From positions 3,720,001 to 3,784,000 of the forward strand of contig CM075991.1 in NCBI GenBank assembly GCA_038087875.1: a stretch of 64,000 nucleotides of DNA, given 5' to 3'. The translations under genes were made by a program, and so were the position numbers. Shown one piece after another: positions 1 through 11,566 of this stretch; the first letter of the stretch is position 1; every line of letters starts with the position of its first letter. The notes below the pieces were generated by a model. The model saw only the letters and a list, made by a program, of their open reading frames with translations, searched no databases and was not told the DNA's origin. This DNA is from Malacoraja senta. Lineage: Eukaryota.

Positions 1-379
1 CATCGGAGTCCGGAGAGTATAAACTCCTTGAGGTGAACAGCATCCAAAGCTGCAGCTGTATTGAATTTTCTGCAGAATATTCAGTTGCGTTTGATGAAAT
101 ACCGATACTTTTTTCAGTATGCTTCCACTTGCTCCACGTCCTGCATTTTCTTTTAACAGCTAACTTCAGTTTATCTCTGTTTGATATGTCGATCAGAAAA
201 TATGTATCTCCGAATGGAGACACGAGGGCCTGCAGATGCTGGTTTACAAAAAAACTCAATTTGTTGGAATAACACATCGTGTCAGGCTCTGGAGAACATG
301 GATAGGTGACGTTTCAAATCGGCCCCCTTCTTCAAACTGATGCTGCCTGACCCGCTGGGTTACTGCAGCACTTTATGTC

Positions 380-1400
380 TGTATCTCTAAATGTTGTGAT
401 GAAAACATAGTAATCTATTAAGGTGATGAAAAATGTCTTCCACGTGTGAATTTTCAACCTGTCCAGATCAGGGCTTTGGTTGTTTTGTAATGTGGGCACA
501 GGAGCAGAGTGAATTAAAAAAAAAATGGCTAATTCACCTTGACAACGGCTGAATAGAATATTGAAGTGTGTCATTAGCTTTCTATAATTAATTAGTTATT
601 TTCTAATGTTTGCTATTTGAGTCCTTGTATAACAGTCGCTCAATTCCGTCGGCATAGGCTATATATTTGGATATTGTCGCCAAGATGAACACATTTAACT
701 TCCCATTCAGATTTTTGAAAACAGATATTTCGTCCACGGGAAATTTCTTCAGTCACAGATCAGTCCACCCGCAAGACTCGGGTCTTGTGTACTGCAATTC
801 AGAAATAGATTATTAATCTGGATTAATCAGACTATAGGGCGGTCACTTTTGGGGCAGATTACATCGGAGTCCAGAGAGTATAAACTCATTGAGGTGAACA
901 ACAGCATCCAAAGCTGCAGCTGTTGCTGACTGAAGCCGCACACAAATTCCTGTCGCTGATAGTGATCAGGCAGCTATTTTTATCCACCATGTCATACTGT
1001 GAACTGAGCATATTTATAAAATGTATTTAGCATTGTGTTGTTGGAAAGGTTTTATTAATTTTCTATCATTAAAAGTCACCCTGATGTAGAATGAACACTG
1101 TTAAAATTAACATAAATTTTGTCATTGAAAACTCACTTCGATGGATATTGACGCTGATATTTCCACACAGTGGTCAATGATCTTCAAATGCGTCACATTA
1201 TATATTCACGGAGTTTTCAGTTTGGCATTATACGTGTCCGGCTATTAACAGCAACACATTTATTTCTCGGGGCATTTTTGCATTCTCCATTCTGTTTAGG
1301 TGGAGAATCGCAGTTAGAGAGATGTAACAATTTTCTTTAAATTGCTTTTCACTTGCTCTATTTTGGTTAAAAGTTCACTGCAGTTCCGTAACAAATTTCG
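380..1400 (+). repeat. ~1-kb low-copy segment duplicated at 40530-41760 (partial further units at 1-60 and 41790-41980)
   Basis: Collinear blocks e.g. gatgaaaaatgtcttccacgtgtgaa, taatgtttgctatttgag, catcggagtcc.gaga.tataaact, tcggggcatttttgc. Confidence 0.9.
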
Positions 1401-3619
1401 CCTTGATATTTTATCTCCTACATATACCTCGTGTAAAATACATAATGAGGCAGTGAGACGTGCAAACAGAACCTTCGGCGGGGCCGCAGCTTCTGAGGAA
1501 AGTAAAACAGTCCACGTTGGGACTGATGTCCAGAATTCACCTCTGTTTTCTCTCTGTTGAGTGTTTCAGACTTTTACCTCTTTGTTTTGAAGGTTTATCT
1601 CATTTGATGCTTTATAGATAAATTCAGGCACATATTCAGCTGTTGTTTCTCCATTCCCGTCCACCTCATTATACAAATCAGAAAACAAAAGCAGGACATA
1701 TTCATCCGTGAATTATCGGCAGAAACTGGGCGCTGGCTAAATCAAACACCAACTTTTCTTCTGGTTTTGTCGTTAAGATAACATCACGTCATTGAATATT
1801 GTTGGAGCCTGTGTAATTAACACCACGTTGGCATCTAAGTAAATGTGTAGGAAGGAACTGCAGATTCTGGTTTAAACAAACAACATGGAAAGAGCCCTTG
1901 ACCACCGAGTCTAAGGCGAGCAGCAAACATCCAATTGCATCATTAATCCTATGTTATTTTTCCTCGTTCTCACCAACTCTCCGAAGATACTGCCACTCAT
2001 GCACATGAAGGAATATTTACAGTGGGTTAATGCCCGTTTTTGGAATGTAGAACAAAAACAGAACGCTCGGGGGAAACCCACACAGGCACAAGGAGAAAGT
2101 GCAAAATCCACACTGACAGCACCCGAGGTCGGCATTGAACTCGGGTCTATGACGCTACCTGCAGTGGCTCTACTGGTTGGAAGGAGCACGTTATCGGTAT
2201 TCTCTATTTAATTATACTACCGCTGCTTCCACCCAGTTGTAGCGATCTCGGTTCATTCCTTACACCGGTGCTGTATGACATGCTATTACACTTGCATCTT
2301 CCCTGTGACTGTGCGCGTTTGCCCGGGTGCTCGGGTTTCTTCGCGCATCCCAATGATTTGTTGCTAGGTAGTTTAATTACCTACTGTATATTATCTTGAG
2401 TAGAATGGTCAAACGGATGAAAGAAGGGTTGGTGGGCTCGAATGAAGGGAAATAAGGAGAGGGTAAATTAAATCAACGAGATTGTTGCACAGTGCTTGGT
2501 ATGGAGCCGATGGGCTGAATGGTCTCCTCCTTGTCCTTAGAAGTTTAGAATGGGAACTGTGTTTTATACATGATGTGTAATGGTACAGCTTCCGCGTGCA
2601 TTAAATACTTGCATTATCGTAATGCACGTCTGAGAAAATATGATCCTAATGATTCCCAAATTGTCAGATACGATTGTGCTGTTTATATTATTACTTCGTG
2701 AGATATAACGCTAAATTAATGAGGCTGTTGTTCATGCGATCAATTGTCCATTGCATTGTCCACGGGCTGAGTTTGTGCAATCGGTGAAAGGCATAGAATT
2801 GAATAACATTATCTAGATTCACAAATTGTAACGCGGGTTTGAAACTGTGAACGTAAATAGACTTTCCCCACTTCTTGAAAATCGGATAAAAGAAAATGGC
2901 AACTGGCGAGACAGTGTCTGTTCCTGGAGCCAAATCGATAACAGCACTCAGGTGTGGGAGCAAGTCGTGCCAACTTATTGCTGGACAACGCATGACACAA
3001 AGGAACCAACGTGTAACGTTGGAATATCATTCAAGCATTCTCCACAAGCAAATCTGAAAATAAATAGAGTCATAGTCGTAAATATTAGCATCGCCGCACC
3101 TGTATTAAGATACTGGAAAGTAGTATAGAAATCGGGGGCAGAATATCTTCAGTAGTCTGGGATCAGGTCATTTGTCCATCGTGTGGTAGATGGTGTTGAA
3201 CACAGAAAAATATCCTGCAAATCCATCGGAGGGAATATCATCGTAAAGTTTGTTGGAGGGGAAATCAAGGAATGGCTGTCCGCAGAAAATTAAAATGATC
3301 GAGTTTGGCACACGGGTCAGTTCACTTTGTATCGCCTGTGGGAAATAAAATTGAAATGAGAATCTGAACTCGTGACAGTATGAACCTCACAGACAGGAGC
3401 TATTTCAAGACTGTGTTTTTTTAACTGTCATATGTACCGAAAACTGAAAAAAATGAAAACATTTATTCTAGGGGAGTAGAAATGGGGTTATTCACTGTTA
3501 ATTGCATTATGAATTTTCCCATGCGAATTATCAGTTAGAGTGGCAACACAATGTATTTTCAAGGATACTTAAAAAGTGCCCGAACCTGATAGTTCACCTG
3601 AAGCGATAGGAGAGTTGTC

Positions 3620-4140
3620 GTGGCCCGACTGGCCTACTTTTCAAGTATATTGTTCCCTGTCGTTCCAAAGGGTCACCCTGGTGTAGGAAGGATGCCATTA
3701 AGATGGAAAGAATGCAGTGAAGATTTACGTGAACGTTTCCAGCACTTAAGGACCCGAGCTGCAGAGAGAGATTGGGCAAGCTAGGACTTTATTCCTTGGA
3801 GCGCAGGAGACCAAGGGGCGATGGAGGTGTATATAATCACGAGAGGAATTAATAAGGTTAATGCCACAGAGTATTTTAAACCAGGATAGAAGAAATTAAA
3901 ACAACAGAGGCTAAATGTTTAAGATGAGGGGAAAGATCCAGAGGGGCGTTTTTTCCACACACACAGGGTGGTGGGTATATGGAACAAGCTGCCAGGGGAG
4001 GCAGCTGGGGCAGGTATTTAAGGTATTTACTGCATTTAAAATTCATTGATCGGGTACAAGCATTGGAACGTTTTAGGGAGACATGGGCCAAAGGTGGGCA
4101 AATGGAACTTGCTTAGATGGGACAATCTGGTCGGCATGGA
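3620..4140 (+). mobile_element. CR1 LINE 3' fragment
   Basis: Degenerate RT C-terminus and FFxxRVVGIWNKLP-type region. Confidence 0.75.
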
Positions 4141-4559
4141 CCAAATTTACCACATCGGTAAATTGTATCCAGATCTCTGTAGATCTAACAATAAATGTAA
4201 TTGCAACAGAGACACGATACGATTTTCTGACTGCTGATATTTATTTACAGTAACATCTAAAAAAAGCAGGTGGGAAGGTGAAACAATTATCTGTAGCGGT
4301 TCGGAACGCTGCCTCTCAGGTTACATAGAAACATAGAAAATAGGTGCAGGAGTAGGCCATTCGGCCCTTCGAGCCTGCACTGCCATTCAATATGATCATG
4401 GCTGATCATCCAACTCAGTTACTGTCGGGACTTTTTCCGGTAATGGTTTCATTAATGAGATGCCCACCTCCCTCCCCATGGACCCATTTGCTCCCACATC
4501 CCAACCCCATCACTCCACCCGTCACACAGCCAAATCTCATTCTTTATTTCTCATTTCAG

Positions 4560-4592
4560 GCCGCCCCGGGGATTGTCAGGCGGACCCTTCAG
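4560..4592 (+). CDS. SRCR gene: putative short N-terminal linker exon (GRPGDCQADPS)
   Basis: tttctcatttcag acceptor, CAG|gtaacc donor, 33 nt, phase 1-1, in frame with SRCR1. Confidence 0.6.
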
Positions 4593-5099
4593 GTAACCTC
4601 GCTTAACTTTCACTGCGTTAAGAGTGCGGCTACTGAGACTGATTGTTACTGAAGGCCTTTAGTGCTACTTGCGAGGTGACTGCCGTCTAAAGACGGAGTG
4701 ACGATCAGTAATGTCCCTGAAGCGCGCAGTGTGGGGAATCGGCTCTGCTGACATGGTTCCCGGTTCCAAGCGTGTTCCCACTGCTCATCCCACTGTGGAG
4801 TCCCAGTCCGGATCTTTCACCTTTGGCGTCCAATTCCAGGAATGCCTTCACACCTCTAACACGTTTGGGTTCCATTGCCCGTCACATGAGCTTTGAGTAC
4901 AGCGGGGCACTGACCCGCGCAGCTCATCAGCCGCTCTCCCGAGAATAAAAACGAACCTGCAGCTGCCCTTGGAGACACAAGGAACTGTAGATGCTGGTTT
5001 ATAATAAAAAATCACAGTGCTGGAGTAACTCGGTTGGACAGGCAGCATCTCAGGAGAACATGTGTGGGTGTCCGCTGAGTTGCTCCAGCACTCTGTGTC

Positions 5100-5800
5100 C
5101 GCAGCTCACCCTGCCTGCTCGGGCGCCGCTTTCATCCCAAGAATGACCGGGTGATCCCGGTTCCCCGGACGGTTACCAGCTTACTGACTATTGTTGACAC
5201 TGTTAACAGTTCATTCGGGGTCTGCCGCTCCCGTTGATCATTCCGTGGTACATGTGGACTTTGAATGGTTGGAGCTAGGGGTGGCTGGGAGCGCGGTGTG
5301 CGGGGCGCCGACTGACCCGCGGATCAAACCGGCGGCAACGTTTGTTCTTCTATTTTCTGATTTTTGTTTTCAGAAAGCGTGAAGTTGAGGCTGGTGAACG
5401 GGGGCAGTCCATGCGCCGGGAGAGTGGAGGTTCACTACATGGGGAACTGGGGGACTGTGTATGGTGACGGCTGGGACCTGCAGGACGCGGCGGTGGTGTG
5501 TCGGGCGCTGGGCTGCGGCCCCGCGACGGGAGCCCCGGGCGGAGCTCACTTTGGACCGGGGTCCGGACCCATTGTGACGTTGGATGTTCAGTGCAGCGGG
5601 AGCGAGGCCGCTCTGCGGGAGTGTAGATCATGGGCATGGGGGGACTATGACAATCGCTTTTCACACTCCAACGATGCCGGCGTTATCTGCGAAGGTAAAG
5701 ATCAGCTTTTTCTCTCTTTGTTCCGCAGTTTGGTGATTTCCGGGATGCCCTGGGTGTAAATTACTCGGACTGACCGCCCGCGGCGAGTGGTGTGAAATTA
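5100..5800. promoter_or_regulatory. CpG/GC-rich island over SRCR1 exon
   Basis: Visibly high CpG density compared with the AT-rich surroundings and the other SRCR exons (not computed). Confidence 0.5.
5374..5694 (+). CDS. SRCR gene: SRCR domain 1 (6 Cys, lacks C2 and C7)
   Basis: LRLVNGGSPCAGRVEV...WGTVYGDGW...VVCRALGCG...DAGVICE; ttttcag / gtaaag; 321 nt. Confidence 0.95.
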
Positions 5801-6003
5801 AATCCAGTGTCTGTCGGTTTTATTCCTTTCCAATTGGAATCAAATTTCACTTCTGGATCTCACATTCTGGTTTTAATTAAACAAACACAACCGGGAGCAT
5901 TAAATACTCTCACCCGGTACAATGACGGGGCCAAGAAACAAGCGGCTGGAGGAACTGAGTTGGTGAAGCAGCAACTGTCGGGGACTGGTGGCAAGAGAGG
6001 AAT

Positions 6004-6602
6004 AGGGGGGTTGCACGTAAGGTCATCGGGTCAAAGGGCGTGACACACGGAGCAGCTCCATCCATGTGGAGGACATCCGTCACTTCCGGTATATGTTATT
6101 AATGCAAGAAACGTTTTCTTTGTGCATGTAAAAACCCACTTGAGAACCATGGGCGATTTAAAAATTTTACAGACAGATTTATCACTTCTGAAACTTTTTA
6201 GATACCAAAGGAATCAAGAAAAAACACAAATAATGCCTCACTGTTGATGAAATGCAGTGAGCAAACGCGATAATTCCCAATATTTTCAATCTTGATATCT
6301 GCACGGCCAATGTTCGCCAACCACTTTAGCTGTTGTTGTCCCTTCAGCTGTCGCTTCTCTCTACCATCATTTCTCCTCACATTTGGAACTCTGAAGTAGG
6401 ATAAATGTCTTTCACGGTTACCCCGATTTCCACAATTATTTACAGCGAAAAAACTGACCATTTCGGCGTTTTTTTAACAGGTAAGAAAGTACCCGTTTCG
6501 TGTGTTAAAAGTGAATGCCGTAGGCTGCCATGTCCTCCACATGGATGGAACTGCTCCATGCTTCACGCCCTTTGACCCGATGACCTTACATGAAACCCCC
6601 CT
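6004..6602 (-). mobile_element. Non-autonomous DNA transposon with ~75-bp TIRs, AT target duplication and THAP-domain remnant (ISL2EU/Harbinger-like)
   Basis: AT|AGGGGGG...CCCCCCT|AT; ORF 6198-6461 AVNNCGNR..FRVP..KWLANIGR..RVCSLHF. Confidence 0.8.
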
Positions 6603-7486
6603 ATTGTCAACACTCTCAGTCCTGCTGCAGGGGCTCGACCCCGAACGTCCACAGTTCCTCTCCCCCACAGATGCTGCTCGACCCGCTGAGATGCTCCAGC
6701 AGTTTTTTTTTTGCACCAAGTTCCATCATTTGCCGTCTCACGTCAATAGTGCTTTTTATTGTCAGATATATTAATTGATAACACAGTGAAATTATTTTCC
6801 TTACAAACAGTCCAGTGGAGTAATACCATACCCCCGATCCCCAATTAGCAAGTGTACAGGAATCATCTACTGAGCCACATGCAGGAGGAGCCAGGTTCTG
6901 GCGCCATGTTCAAAATCCAAGCTCTAGATCTAACGAGCGGTGCCTGTTCCAGGCAAGTCCCAGGCTGGCCTCCAGCCGCCTCCTTCCTTGGATGCCACGT
7001 CACTCTCTTAACCCGTCCTTTGTTGCCCAGGGTGCCTCCCGCAGCTGATCACGAGGGCGGGGTAAGCCAGACCCTGGTTCCCTCTCCGTTCCTCTCCAAC
7101 TGGCCTTGCTCCTCGCCCGGACATCACTGGCTCCATCCTCCCGGGCTCTGCTCTCCGGCAGACGAGCAGAGGCCAGCACAGCAGCTCCCCCCTTCCCGGT
7201 CAGCGGTCCCCTGTGTCCGACGAACGAGGCTAGATGCAGGAAAAATGTTCCCCATTTGGGGAAGTCCAGAACCAGGGGTCAAAGTTTAAGAAAAATGGGA
7301 AGGCCATTTGGGACTGTGATGAGGAAAAACGTTTTCACCCAAAGAGTTGTGAATCTGTGGAAATCTCTGCCACAGAAGGCAGTGGAGGTCAATTCACTGG
7401 ATGTTTTCAAGAGAGATTTAGCTCTTTGGGCTAACGAAATCAAGGGATATGGGTAAAAATCAGGAACGGGGTATAGATTTTAGATG

Positions 7487-7701
7487 TTTAAGAACGAATT
7501 GCAGATGCTGGAAATTCGAAGGTAGACAAAAGTGCTGGAGAATCTCAGCGGGTGCAGCAGCATCTATGGAGCGAAGGAAATAGGCAACGTTTCGGGCAGA
7601 AACACTTCAGAAGAATGGGGTTCGGCCCGAAACATTGCCTATTTCCTTCGCTCCATAGATGCTGCTGCACCCGCTGAGTTTCTCCAGCAGTTTTGTCTAC
7701 C
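7487..7701. mobile_element. Palindromic Penelope-derived insertion with 15-bp target duplication inside a CR1 3' end
   Basis: tatagattttagatg at 7472-7486 and 7702-7716; arms 7520-7600 and 7625-7702 are reverse complements. Confidence 0.8.
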
Positions 7702-8897
7702 TATAGATTTTAGATGATCAGCCATGATCATATTGAATGGCCAAACGACCATTTTCTCAGTTTCTATGTCTATGTTTCTATGAAAAGTCTGCAATGCGTT
7801 CAGGCTGTGTACCAAAATGAAGTGTCGCAGTCACAGAGGGAATGATTATGCTAGAGGAAATAGTTATGGTGCTGGATATGGAATCAGTAAATGAACTGCT
7901 TTCCCCTGATTGTTCTCAAACTTCCTGAGTATTATCAGAGTAGACCCATGAAAGCATCCCTGGACATTCCAGAATGCTGCCTTTTAGATGATAGAAAGAT
8001 GTTGAGGAGCCAACAGATAAACACAGTGAAGAAGTGAAGCTGTAATCACAAGAATGCAACAGATAAGAACCTAGACAGAACTACGAAGGACTATCCTCTC
8101 CCAATAGATAAGAAAACCTGCTTTTCAGCAGAATGTTTCAGCTTTGCTATTCTGACTACATTCTTGGCCATTTTTCCCCGTCATGCTCCCCAATATGTGA
8201 GCTCTCTGGTTAACCAAGTTATAATCTACTCATCTTCCTTATAATTCTCAAAATTCCCGACATCAATTCCCGACACAAAATGGAGAGGAGGCAGGAGAAG
8301 GAGCAAGGTGACCATGGTGGTGAGGGATGGGGGTCAAGATGTGTGGTCATCGGTGTCGGATGGGGACAAGGGAAAGGAGGAGATTGGGCAAAAATAACTT
8401 GAAATTGGGAAAATCAATGTTCACACCAGTGGGTACCCAATTCGGAGAGACTACAAGTTCACCACCGATTTTCCGGCACACTTCTTTCCAGAGCAGTTCT
8501 GGATTATCGTTTTGCCGGATCAACATATGTTACGGCCTTGGTGGGGGGGGAGGGGGGCGGGGGGGGGGGTCGAGGTATCGGAGGTCAGCTGTGGATATCG
8601 GCAATGGGAACGGATGTGCTGGATTTGGAGCATGTTCAGAGGAGATTTCAGACAATGTTTCCAACGATAACTGGGTTAACATATGATGAGGTTTACGGCA
8701 ATGGGCCTGTACTCGCTAGAGTTTAGAAGAATGAAGGGGACCTCATAGAAACTTACCAAATAGGAAAGGCCTGAGTAGAGTGAATGTGGAGAGGATTACC
8801 ACGCATGGGAGAGTCTAGGACCCGAGGCTACAGCCTCAGAAAAAAGGATGTACCTTTGGAAAGGGAAGAGGAAGAATCTCTTTCGTTACAGAGTGAT

Positions 8898-9991
8898 CAA
8901 TTCAATTCCAATTCAATTCAATTCAATTCAATTCAACTTTAATGTCATTGCACAAATACTGAGTATGGGTACAACGAAATGCAGTTTTGCGTCAGTCCGT
9001 AGTAGTAGTGCAATATAGAAATTTAAAAAAAAAGAGGATACAGAATAATCAAAAATACAGAATAATTAACAATGGGGACGGAGGGACCGGAGGAATCTAT
9101 CGGCGGGACTCCGAGTTCAGCAATGCGACGGTATAATTGTAGAAGCTGTTCCTCATCCTACTGGTACGAGACCTGAGGCTCCTGTACCGCCTCCCTGATG
9201 GGAGGAGGGCAAACAGTCCATGGTTGGGGTGGGAGGGGTCTTTAATGATCTTCCCAGCCCGTTTCGGACACCGTTTTCGGTGGAGGGCATCCATGGCAGG
9301 GAGCGGGGCACCGATGATGTGCTGCGCGGTTTTCACCACCCGTTGTAGTGCCTTCCTGTCCGCAACAGTGCAGCTGCTGTACCATACCGTGAAGCAGGTG
9401 GTCAGGATGCTCTCGATGGTACACCGGTAGAAGTTGGTCAGGATCTGGGGGGACAGGTGGGCTTTCGTGAGCCTCCTCAGGAAGTAAAGGCGCTGCTGTG
9501 CCTTTTTGATCAGCTTGGAGGAGTTGAGGGACCAGGACAAATCCTCCGAGATGTGTACCCCGAGGAATTTGTAGCTGGAGACGCGCTCCACCTCAGTCCC
9601 GTTTATATGGATGGGGGTATGTCTGCCCCCTCTGACCTTCCTGAAGTCGACAATAATTTCCTTCGTCTTCTTGGAGTTGAGGACGAGGTTATTGTTGGCA
9701 CACCAGGTTGTCAGGTGCTGGACCTCCTCTCTGTAGGCTGACTCATCGTTGTCACTGATCAGTCCTACCACCGTGGTGTCGTCAGCAAACTTAATGATGG
9801 CGTTGGATCCGTACTTAGGGATGCAGTCGTGGGTGAAGAGGGAGTAGAGAAGAGGGCTGAGCACACAGCCCTGTGGCACGCCGGTGTTCAGTGTTATAGT
9901 GGAGGAGGTGAGGTTGTTGACCCTAACAGACTGTGGTCTGTTGGTGAGGAAATCCAGTGTCCAGTTGCAGAGGGAGGTGGAGATGCCATGC
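8898..9991 (-). mobile_element. Rex1/Babar-type LINE, 5'-truncated, uninterrupted RT C-terminal ORF, (TTGAA)n tail; nested in a CR1 fragment
   Basis: [35 protein letters not shown]; (ttcaa)n at 8898-8937; CR1 sequence resumes on both sides. Confidence 0.92.
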
Positions 9992-10673
9992 CAATCTGCA
10001 GAATTCACTGCCACAGACGGCTGTGGAGGCCAAGTCAATGGATGAATGTAATTGTAATTGTCTTATAATTGTAAGGTGGGGATTGACAAATTCTTGTTTA
10101 ATAAGGGTGTCAGGGGTTATGAGGAGAAAGCAGGAGAAAGGGGTTGAGAGGGAAAGCTAGACCAGCCACGATTTAACGGTGAAGTAGACGTGGGCCGAAT
10201 GGTATATAGTTCTTTTTACTACAGTTTGTACTTAGAATTCGTTTAATGGGACCGGAGCAGACAGATACTCTGGGCCAGTTAACACCGTCTTGCTTGTGGA
10301 GTTTGTCAAGTTCTGCAGGACGGAATGTTCTATAAATAATAATTATTTTCGACGTGTTTAGGTTTAGGTTTATCATTGTGACGTTACTGAGGTAGAGTGA
10401 AAAGCTTTGTTTTGCATGCTATGCCAACAGATCAGAAACACAACGCATATTTATAATCAAATACAATATATAGTGCAAAGAGGAAGTTACAGAGAGCAGA
10501 ATATAGTACTCAGCATTTAAGTGCATCGTGATAGAGGAAGGAGAAGGGGAGCACAGATATTATTAGTAAGGGACTGATTTCAACGTCAGATTTGTGCTGA
10601 ACTTTCAGGGATGTTTTTATAAATTGTCCTCATTATTGTGGCTTTCATGACTATCTTTTATATTTTTTCTCAG

Positions 10674-10985
10674 ATCACAGAATGCCAAGATTGGTATCCA
10701 AAGATGATCAGTGTTCGGGAAGACTGGAAGTGCAGTATGGTGAAACCTGGGGAACCGTGTGTGACCAGGCCTGGGATATGGATGATGCCAATGTGGTGTG
10801 CAATCAGCTTCATTGTGGAGAAGCCGTGTCTGTTCCGAGAGGGGCTTATTTTGGAAAGGGGACTGGCATTGTACGGAACGATGTATTTGAATGTAAGGGT
10901 AAAGAGACAAGCCTATGGTACTGTCCGCGTTCTTTAGGAACTCTTCATTGCAACCACACGAGCGATGTCAGTGTGATCTGTTCTG
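10674..10985 (+). CDS. SRCR gene: SRCR domain 2
   Basis: PRLVSKDDQCSGRLEV...WGTVCDQAW...DVSVICS; tttctcag / gtgagt; 312 nt. Confidence 0.95.
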
Positions 10986-11566
10986 GTGAGTGCCAGCTTT
11001 GGAAAATAATTTTTAATAAACACTCATTATACTTGGAAGATAGGGATGAGATCTCGCCATTTACTTTTTATCAAAGAGTTATAAAATGCTGGAATATAAT
11101 TGAGCAGTGCACGACTTTGATGTGATATTGGCAAATGTTTTAACTGGCTAAAATAATTTGAATAATTTCTTACATTCCAACATTATTGATGGTTTACAAT
11201 GTGGAGTTCAGAAGGAGGAAATTAACAGATTTAGATGGTGATATCCATGCGAAGCAACAGCTATTGTCCCATGAATCCTAATCAAAAATTACTCTAGAGT
11301 AAAATATATAGAGTTGTTTATAAACAAATTTACTTCTTCACTGAAACCTTTGAGCATTTTGAGTGGAAAGACAGTTCACTGCAGGAAGGAAAACCATGGA
11401 CAGCTTTAGATGTAAATGATTACACATAGAAAAGTACAAGCAAGAATGCATGACGTTTAAAGGTAAATTTATCCCATGATTTACATTTTTTGTTAGGAAT
11501 GAATTTTTGGTCATATGATCCTATTATAAATGGGGTACCAATTGGTGCATTAGAAAATAGCAAAGT

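Noticed and set aside
2719..2790. MRLLFMRSIVHCIVHGLSLCN as the SRCR signal peptide exon
   Set aside because: The only nearby GT donor is phase 2, incompatible with the phase-1 downstream exons
3167..3335. Minus-strand acceptor (ttttatttcccacag) followed by a 55-codon frame
   Set aside because: No recognisable protein similarity and no upstream partner exon identified
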